Shown here: positions 41,408 through 48,074 of the stretch, in pieces
Layout: each line of letters opens with the position of its first letter
Numbering within the stretch: position 1 is the stretch's first letter
Translations under genes and position numbers: made by a program
The notes under the pieces: model-generated
What the model saw: only the letters and a program-made list of their open reading frames with translations
What the model was told of the DNA's origin: nothing
The model's database searches: none
From: Candidatus Tayloriibacteriota bacterium
GTDB taxonomy: Bacteria; Patescibacteriota; Minisyncoccia; Phycocordibacterales; PALSA-1337
Reading direction: 5' to 3'
DNA length: 64,000 bases
Assembly (NCBI GenBank): GCA_052034805.1
Contig: JBPOID010000001.1
Location: forward strand, 28,184 to 92,183

Positions 41408-41659
41408 ATGGCCACACAAATACCGGAGCAATTTATTTCCAAACTCAGTGAATTCATCTCGAGTCTGGACCATCAGACTCAGGAGATCCTTTTGTACTAT
41501 TACGGCGCAGATCAATCATGGAAAAAGAGAACTCTACAACAAGTCGAAGACAGATTTCATGTGGGAACAAGTATCGTCGGTAAGGTTGTTGCAGAACAAA
41601 TCTCTGAATTTCGACAACTGCATAATTTCGACTATGCCACTTGCATGATCCTCATGTAG
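41408..41659 (+). CDS. Stand-alone sigma-70 region-4-like HTH protein (83 aa), cassette 2
   Basis: Aligns by eye with RpoD region 4 of this window; promoter TTGACT(41359)-17-TATTCT(41382), SD AAAGGAAG. Confidence 0.65.
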   Translation: MATQIPEQFISKLSEFISSLDHQTQEILLYYYGADQSWKKRTLQQVEDRFHVGTSIVGKVVAEQISEFRQLHNFDYATCMILM

Positions 41660-41671
41660 ACTGATCTCTAA

Positions 41672-41706
41672 GCGGCGCTGCTATTAAATTTGCAGTGCCG
41701 TTTTTT
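41672..41706 (+). terminator. Intrinsic terminator of cassette 2
   Basis: GCGGCGCTGC / GCAGTGCCGT stem followed by T tract. Confidence 0.8.
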
Positions 41707-41716
41707 GTTTACAATT

Positions 41717-41743
41717 TAAACTCTATCTCACCACCATCTTCTC
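41717..41743 (+). repeat. Array repeat copy R3
   Basis: TAAACTCTATCTCACCACCATCTTCTC. Confidence 0.8.
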
Positions 41744-41750
41744 CCAACAG

Positions 41751-41798
41751 AAAACCCACCTCTCATGCATGGGTTCTCCGTGCTTGAGATAGTGGGTT
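41751..41798 (-). terminator. Long terminator hairpin of cassette 3
   Basis: AACCCAC..TCTCA..GCATGG / CCGTGC..TGAGA..GTGGGTT, overlapping the stop codon. Confidence 0.7.
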
Positions 41799-42075
41799 AG
41801 ATTCGGACAAACAATTTCTGGTAGAGCTCATCAAACTGCCCCACCGGATGTTCTGACAAAAACTGTTCGAAGTAGTTCTGCGCATCTGGATGTAAAACCG
41901 AACTGTCTCTGGTTCCCAAATTACAGTTGATTTTCCCGTTGCTCGCAGCCGTTACCATTGCAACTCGTCGGCTTTGCACAACTGCTTGACGGTTGGTCAA
42001 GATGTCAGCCAGAACCACAAGTGCGACACGCTCAGCTTCTGTCAATGTCTGCCATAACTGTTCAAGTTTTTTCAT
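41797..42075 (-). CDS. Orphan hypothetical protein (92 aa), cassette 3
   Basis: SD AGAAAGGA; promoter TTGACA(42129-42124)-17-TAGACT(42106-42101). Confidence 0.7.
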   Translation of the reverse strand: MKKLEQLWQTLTEAERVALVVLADILTNRQAVVQSRRVAMVTAASNGKINCNLGTRDSSVLHPDAQNYFEQFLSEHPVGQFDELYQKLFVRI

Positions 42076-42134
42076 TGTGCTAAATCCTTTCTTACTTTAT
42101 AGTCTAATACATTTTAGTTCTTGTGTCAAGTACA

Positions 42135-42160
42135 TAAACCCTAAACTTTATCTCACCACT
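42135..42160 (+). repeat. Array repeat copy R4
   Basis: TAAACCCTAAACTTTATCTCACCACT. Confidence 0.7.
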
Positions 42161-42204
42161 TTTTACACTTGACATAAGTTATTAAGTCATGTTATGATAC
42201 TTAA

Positions 42205-42392
42205 CAGATTGAGTAGCCGTTGACGATACATACGATTCAACAGATGTCGGATTCAAGATGCAGCCGGAAATACTACAAGTATTATCGGAAGTCAATCATT
42301 GACGACAGGATCGTTGATATTAGGCTAAGGCCGAAAAGTCCAAGAATGGGTACTCTTCTAGCCACAATCAGAAATGATTGTGGCATTTTTTT
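42205..42392 (+). ncRNA. Candidate structured non-coding RNA (~185 nt)
   Basis: Promoter TTGACA(42169)-18-TATGAT(42193); terminator GCCACAATCA-GAAA-TGATTGTGGC-A-T7 at 42361-42392; long-range pairing; no credible ORF. Confidence 0.5.
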
Positions 42393-42466
42393 GTTCGAAC
42401 CTTAAAGTTTATGGTACTACTATACTCTAACTTGACGATATTAGTAATACTTGTTATGATTATCCG

Positions 42467-42562
42467 CATGAAGATCTTTAATCAAGTGAATTAATAGAAC
42501 TACAAGGCCACGGCAATCATTTTCAAGCGCTCATTTCTTCGGATTTGAGCGCCTTTATTTTT
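42467..42562 (+). ncRNA. Candidate ~95-nt small RNA or 8-codon micro-ORF unit
   Basis: Promoter TTGACG(42432)-17-TATGAT(42455); ATG at 42468 gives MKIFNQVN; terminator GCGCTCA..CTTCGG..TGAGCGC plus T-rich tail. Confidence 0.4.
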
Positions 42563-42640
42563 ATAGACTACAATTTAATAAAAAAGAACGCCGTACCCGA
42601 AGGTCGTGCATTCTGTTTGAAAGTTTTGAGGATTAAATCC

Positions 42641-43060
42641 TCATGATATCGCCTCTTCGATTGTTTTTTTCCAGTGAAGAGCGAATTGCTCTTCATCCTG
42701 GGCCTCCCCACTCCGTCCACAGAAAGGGGGATACACATCAATCGCCTTAATCTTATGGTATAGTCCATGGTCCAGACCTCTATACGGAGTGACCACAATG
42801 ACGCCATTCAGGTTTTCTGGAAGTCCCGTGTCTTCACAACATGGACAAGCGGTTAAGACAAAGAGTGTTCTGGGATCACAGGCATTTTTTGATGCCACTT
42901 CTTGTACCACCCTATGAATGATTGGTGTCATCTTTAAGAGACTCTTTGCAAGTTCGTGAGATGCCCATTCAAAAGGACTTGAATATCCAAAGATAATTTT
43001 CATAATATAATTTGGTTGAGTGTGGTTTGAAAGTTCATAATCTGCATGACATGATGTCAT
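42641..43060 (-). CDS. Orphan Cys-containing hypothetical protein (alternative start 43003)
   Basis: CPCC motif; promoter TTGACA(43156-43151)-17-TAATAT(43133-43128); UUCG-loop terminator at about 42580-42614. Confidence 0.65.
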   Translation of the reverse strand: MTSCHADYELSNHTQPNYIMKIIFGYSSPFEWASHELAKSLLKMTPIIHRVVQEVASKNACDPRTLFVLTACPCCEDTGLPENLNGVIVVTPYRGLDHGLYHKIKAIDVYPPFCGRSGEAQDEEQFALHWKKTIEEAIS

Positions 43061-43192
43061 ACAAGTCGATTACAATCTTTCTTCCAAACTCAACGTATTT
43101 ACTTTCAAAGAACTCTACTATATAGATATATTATCATACTATATGATATATGTCAAGTGTATTTGTATAGTGTATAGATAATGTATACCCCC

Positions 43193-45418
43193 CTACTTCG
43201 CCACCTTAACCGCCTCATCAAACTGTATTGATAATAACTTCGAAGCCCCATCAGAACCCATAGTGACTCCATATAGAACGCCCGCACGTGACATTGTTTC
43301 TCTATTATGAGTTATAAGTATTAATTGTGAATATTTTGATAAATTACTTATCATATCTCCATATTTTCTAGAATTAGCTTCATCGAGAGCTGCATCTGTT
43401 TCGTCTAATATGATAAATGGTGGAGGATTAACTTGGGAAATAGCAAAAAGAAGAGCAATGGATGTCAAAGCTCTTTCTCCTCCAGATAACATCATAAGTC
43501 CTTTAACTTTCTTTCTTGGTAGATTTACATTTATTTCTAGACCTTCCCTGCCTTCTTCCTCTTCTTCTATTTCTTCTTCTATATTTGTATCATCATTCAT
43601 TGCCAATACTCCTTCTAGATCTGTATCTGATTTCTTCTTTCTTTTCTTTTCTAGAACTACATTCAAAGATGCGGTACCACCTCCGAACATCAATGAAAAG
43701 AATTCTTGGAATTGTGCATTTATCTTTAATATACCTTCTTTGAATTCTATATTTATTCTGAGATCTAGATCTGCTATTAGATTATTTAGTGATTGTTTTG
43801 AATTTTCTAAATCAGCTAATTCCCTAGACAAGAAAGCGTCTCTTTCTTGTACTTCTCTATATTCTTTCATAATATCTCCGCTATTGCCTATTCCAGAATC
43901 CTCTAATCTTACTTTTATTTTTTCTATATTCTTCTTTCTTTCTGTTTGTCTATCTCTATTTTCACTTTCTATTATTTCTAAATCCTTATAATCAACAGCT
44001 TCTCTACCTACCACTAGATATGCTTCATGTAATTCTCTTTTGAATGATTCCTCATCTATGAGCAATCTTTCTTCTCTGGTCTTTATGCCATTTAATATTC
44101 CACGTAATTCATTTTGTCTTGCTATTATTCTGAATATATTTTTCTCAGCATCTCTATCGCTATCCTTCTCTCTTTCTATTCTATGTCTAAGCTCATTGTA
44201 TTCTATATTTTTATCTTTTTCTTTATTTTCTATCTCTTTTATTTTCAAATCTAATTTGCTTTTCTTATCCTTTAATATAGAAATTTCTCTTTCTAATTCT
44301 GCTGTATTTGTAGATATATCTTTATTTTTATGTAAAGAAATAAAATTAGATAATATTTTCTTTATCTCTAAAATACTTTCTAAAAGATTAACTTTTTCTA
44401 TTACTTGTTCTATATCTCTTAGATATACAGTTTTATTATCATCTTTATTCTGTCTATCTTTTTCTTTTTGTATAATCCTTTCCGAGCCAGATATTTCTCC
44501 TTCTATTTTGCCTAATTCATGGAAAATACTGTCTTTTTCTCTTCTTATTTCATACAAAGTCTTTTCTAAAGAAATTAATTCATCACTTTTTGCATCTCTA
44601 TTCTTTGAACTTTCTAAATTCTTTCTTGCTAAAGATATTTCATTATCTAGAGATGATAATTCTTTTATTATGGGTGATTTCTTTTCATCGATTTCTTTCT
44701 TTTCATTTTCTATATATAGTTCTTCTCTTTTGAAAAATTCTTTATAGATTTTCCTAAGCTCATTTCTTAATTCTTGGGCTTTTTCTACTTTCTCTACTTG
44801 CTTTTGTAGGAATTTCATATGAGGGGCTATTTCCCTTCTTAGAGATTCTACAGATTTCATATTTTCTTCTGTCTTTTCTAATTTTCTTTGACTTTCGGTT
44901 TTCTTGTATTGATAGATTTTCAATCCTAAAGCATCTTCTATCATTTCTCTTCTTTCACGAATATTAGTATTCAATATTCTATCTGCTTCACCCTGAGATA
45001 TAATATGATGTCCAGAAGCTCCTATATGAGCATGTGCCAGTAATTCTATTATATCCTTTAGTCTTGCTCCGCTACCGTTTATAAAATACTCATTTACATT
45101 ATCTCTATGAACTACTCTTTCTATGGTGACTTCATCGAAATCTAGATTGAGCATTCTTTTGCTATTATCAAAAGTAACCTTTACTGAGGCTCGGTTTAAT
45201 TTATTACCATCGCTACCCGCAAAGATTAGATCTTCACCCCTCTTTCCACGCATGCTCTTTATGGATTGTTCTCCAAGTACAAAACGAAATGCTTCAGCGG
45301 CATTACTTTTACCCGAACCATTTGGTCCGACTATGGCAGATATCGGTGAAGTAAAATTCAAAGAAGCCTTTTTTGCAAAAGACTTGAAACCTGTCATCTC
45401 TAGGGATTTGAGATACAT
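43193..45418 (-). CDS. smc: Short SMC-family ATPase (741 aa, no evident hinge)
   Basis: GFKSFA, VGPNGSGKSN, IISQG Q-loop, LSGGER, ILDETDAALD, ITHN. Confidence 0.9.
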   Translation of the reverse strand: MYLKSLEMTGFKSFAKKASLNFTSPISAIVGPNGSGKSNAAEAFRFVLGEQSIKSMRGKRGEDLIFAGSDGNKLNRASVKVTFDNSKRMLNLDFDEVTIERVVHRDNVNEYFINGSGARLKDIIELLAHAHIGASGHHIISQGEADRILNTNIRERREMIEDALGLKIYQYKKTESQRKLEKTEENMKSVESLRREIAPHMKFLQKQVEKVEKAQELRNELRKIYKEFFKREELYIENEKKEIDEKKSPIIKELSSLDNEISLARKNLESSKNRDAKSDELISLEKTLYEIRREKDSIFHELGKIEGEISGSERIIQKEKDRQNKDDNKTVYLRDIEQVIEKVNLLESILEIKKILSNFISLHKNKDISTNTAELEREISILKDKKSKLDLKIKEIENKEKDKNIEYNELRHRIEREKDSDRDAEKNIFRIIARQNELRGILNGIKTREERLLIDEESFKRELHEAYLVVGREAVDYKDLEIIESENRDRQTERKKNIEKIKVRLEDSGIGNSGDIMKEYREVQERDAFLSRELADLENSKQSLNNLIADLDLRINIEFKEGILKINAQFQEFFSLMFGGGTASLNVVLEKKRKKKSDTDLEGVLAMNDDTNIEEEIEEEEEGREGLEINVNLPRKKVKGLMMLSGGERALTSIALLFAISQVNPPPFIILDETDAALDEANSRKYGDMISNLSKYSQLILITHNRETMSRAGVLYGVTMGSDGASKLLSIQFDEAVKVAK

Positions 45419-45463
45419 GGTCTTATTTTATCATAAAATGATATTTTGAGGGTATTATATGTA

Positions 45464-46159
45464 TTACCAACCCTTAACTTCCAATGCTTTTTCTGCGGCT
45501 TTTTGTTCTGCTTCTTGTTTAGAAAGTCCTGACCCTATAGCTATCTGTACATCTCCTAGGAATACTCCTAATGTAAACATTTTACTATGATCTGGTCCTA
45601 TTTCTTTTAATGTTTTATAAGATGGAGTAAGTCCTGTGACTTCTTGGGCTTTTTCTTGGAAACGACTCTTTGCATCTAACCAAAGTTTTTTATCTATTAT
45701 TTCTTCTATATTCAATATTTCTAATAAATGTTTTGATATAAATAAAGCTGAGGATTCATAACCTTGATCGAGATATATAGCACCTATTATCGCCTCTACA
45801 GAATCAGCGAGTATTATGGAACGAGCTCTTCCTGTATCTTTTGCCTCACCCTTTGATAATAATAAATAATCATTTATACCCATTGCAGTAGCTACTCTGG
45901 AAAGACTATTTGTATTAACTAATGCAGAACGATATGCTGTTAGATCTCCTTCTTTTTTATTGGGAAATTTATTAAATAAAAAAGTAGTAATAGCTAATTC
46001 CAATACTGCATCTCCTAGAAATTCTAATCTCTCATTATGTTCTAAACCAGCACTTTTGTTTTCATTCAAATACGATCTATGAGTACAAGCTTGTTTCAAT
46101 AAGCTTATATCTTTGAATTTTACATTTATTTTTTCAGATAATTTTAAGAAATCTGGCAT
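45464..46159 (-). CDS. rnc: Ribonuclease III
   Basis: HNERLEFLGDAVLEL, ADSVEAIIGA, C-terminal dsRBD. Confidence 0.97.
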   Translation of the reverse strand: MPDFLKLSEKINVKFKDISLLKQACTHRSYLNENKSAGLEHNERLEFLGDAVLELAITTFLFNKFPNKKEGDLTAYRSALVNTNSLSRVATAMGINDYLLLSKGEAKDTGRARSIILADSVEAIIGAIYLDQGYESSALFISKHLLEILNIEEIIDKKLWLDAKSRFQEKAQEVTGLTPSYKTLKEIGPDHSKMFTLGVFLGDVQIAIGSGLSKQEAEQKAAEKALEVKGW

Positions 46160-46178
46160 ATTTTTCTTTTTCTGCTAT

Positions 46179-47081
46179 CTATTTATTTTCTTTATTCAAT
46201 AATTTAACTGATTTTGTAACTATAGGCAGTATATCATTATAGAAATTCAATTCTGCTATATCTTCTAAACGAAACCATTTTGCATCATCTAGACCTGGCT
46301 TCTTGGCAAGATTTATTTTTTCAAAATCTGATTCTGCTAGGAAATAATGAACTTGTTTTCTTAATTTTCCTAATTCAGGATCTGAAGCTATGTATTCATT
46401 ACTGCCTAGATCTTCAACTATTTTTATATCAAGACCCATTTCTTCTTTTACCTTATCCATTGTGCCTTTCTTTATATCTATATCATTTGGTATCTTTCCT
46501 TTCGATAATGTCCAATGTCCGAATATATCATGCACAAAAGCCAAATATATTTCCCCATCCTTTCTAGAGAATACTACTGCGCCACCGAGATTCTGTATTG
46601 GCATTTTCTCGTATGGTATGTCTTCTATTTTCTTTTTCTTTGGTTTTGAATCTTTACCTGGTTCTCCTAATTCCTTGTATACAGAACCTAATACACCGTT
46701 TACAAATTTGCCACTATTCTCACCACCAAAACTCTTTGCAAGTTCTATAGCTTCGTTTATCGCTACCTTTGCAGGTACTTCCTCCTTATCAGAGAAAAGG
46801 AGCTCGTATAATCCGATACGTAGAACATTTCTATCTATAACTGATATTTTATCCAATGGCCAATCCGGTGCGGCCTTTACTATTATTTCATCCAAATCAG
46901 ATTTCTTGGATAAAATACTTTTTACAAGATTCTCTATAAAAGAAATATCGCCCATTCCTGGAGCAAACTCCTTGGAATCACGGGCGATTATTTCTTTTAT
47001 TGTATTATCATGGCAACCTCTTACGTCCCACTCGAAGAGTGATTGTAGTACTACTGAGCGTGAAAGGTGTCTATTTGCCAT
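46179..47081 (-). CDS. nusB: NusB fused to a C-terminal degenerate NUDIX domain
   Basis: RHLSR..LFEWD, DRNVLR, AINEAIELAKSFG, FVNGVLG; then WTLSKGK..EEMGL NUDIX-like box. Confidence 0.9.
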   Translation of the reverse strand: MANRHLSRSVVLQSLFEWDVRGCHDNTIKEIIARDSKEFAPGMGDISFIENLVKSILSKKSDLDEIIVKAAPDWPLDKISVIDRNVLRIGLYELLFSDKEEVPAKVAINEAIELAKSFGGENSGKFVNGVLGSVYKELGEPGKDSKPKKKKIEDIPYEKMPIQNLGGAVVFSRKDGEIYLAFVHDIFGHWTLSKGKIPNDIDIKKGTMDKVKEEMGLDIKIVEDLGSNEYIASDPELGKLRKQVHYFLAESDFEKINLAKKPGLDDAKWFRLEDIAELNFYNDILPIVTKSVKLLNKENK

Positions 47082-47147
47082 AATTTTCTTTTTATTTTCT
47101 CTTTATTTTTGAAGAACTACTTTACTTACTTTAAACATTATTTTCTA

Positions 47148-47381
47148 TTAAGATTTTGTTAAATCTTTCTCTCTTGTCTTTGCTTTTTCTGCTTTCTTTA
47201 CTGCAACTGCTGTCATATCTATAATCTTTTTTCCTCTATATGAACCACAAGTAGTACATACAGTATGACGTTTATGCATAGCAGAACAACTCTGACATTT
47301 TGAAAGTCGCACCTCATCTAGGGCGTGATGTGATCTTCTATTGTCTCGGTGTGCCCGAGTGGCTCTCATTCGATTTACCAT
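47148..47381 (-). CDS. rpmF: 50S ribosomal protein bL32
   Basis: RRSHHAL, CxxC..HTVCxxCGSY. Confidence 0.93.
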   Translation of the reverse strand: MVNRMRATRAHRDNRRSHHALDEVRLSKCQSCSAMHKRHTVCTTCGSYRGKKIIDMTAVAVKKAEKAKTREKDLTKS

Positions 47382-47393
47382 AGTAATATCATA

Positions 47394-48041
47394 CTAGCGT
47401 ATATTGGCGTTTTTGGCAATATCTTTGCCTATAACTTTGTCTATACTCTTTATAAAGGTCAATCTATGTATATCCGTAAGGCCTTTTCTATGTATAGCTT
47501 CATAATGTGCCTTCGTTCCGTACCCCTTATGAGATTCGAAGCCGTATTCCATATATTGCTCGCCATATTCTCTCATTTTCCTATCGCGAAGTACCTTGGC
47601 ACATATAGATGCTAGAGCTATTATATCCTCCTTTTCATCGCCTTTTATTATGGTTTCTTGATCTCTGTATTCGATAGGGGCATGTAGACCACCATCAAGC
47701 AATATTCTCGCAGAATCTTTATCTATATTTAATTTTTCTAAAGCTCTATTCAAAGCAGTTTTTATAGCAAAAGAAATACCCTTTTCATCTATAACTTTTT
47801 CACTTTGGAATACAACAGCGAAATCTATTATTCTATCTTCAATATTCTTTAATCCTTTATTTCTAATTTCTTCTATTTTATTAAACCATTCTTCTCTTTT
47901 CTTTTCAGATAATTGTTTTGATTCCTTTACCCCCGCGAAATGTCTATAAGCCTCAGGTTTCAAAAATACAAAAGCCCCAACCGCAACGGGTCCAGCTATA
48001 GGTCCACGACCGACTTCATCTATACCGATAATATATTTCAT
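47394..48041 (-). CDS. rnhB: Ribonuclease HII
   Basis: GIDEVGRGPIAGP, ESKQL, LLDG, KGD, ASICAKVLRD, HKGYGT; start moved to MKYII. Confidence 0.95.
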   Translation of the reverse strand: MKYIIGIDEVGRGPIAGPVAVGAFVFLKPEAYRHFAGVKESKQLSEKKREEWFNKIEEIRNKGLKNIEDRIIDFAVVFQSEKVIDEKGISFAIKTALNRALEKLNIDKDSARILLDGGLHAPIEYRDQETIIKGDEKEDIIALASICAKVLRDRKMREYGEQYMEYGFESHKGYGTKAHYEAIHRKGLTDIHRLTFIKSIDKVIGKDIAKNANIR

Positions 48042-48074
48042 ACATAAAGTATAACATTTTGCTATAATACAATT

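Noticed and set aside
41403-41648. 81-aa ORF overlapping 41408-41659 in another frame
   Set aside because: The 41408 frame has proper SD spacing and a recognisable sigma4-like pattern
40657-42160. Repeats as a CRISPR array or integron attC sites
   Set aside because: Intervals are 390-670 bp and contain whole genes; repeats are degenerate and non-palindromic; no cas or intI gene in the window
42220-42405. 61-aa ORF from the track
   Set aside because: TTG start without SD and it reads through a strong terminator; an RNA explains the unit better
42568-42807. 79-aa minus-strand ORF
   Set aside because: Overlaps the 42641 ORF in another frame and crosses its terminator
43410-47112. Long antisense ORFs opposite smc and nusB (also those opposite uvrD-like, rpoB, rpoC, yceI and others)
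   Set aside because: Shadow frames rich in Ser/Phe/Ile/Leu, expected opposite AT-rich genes; no motifs
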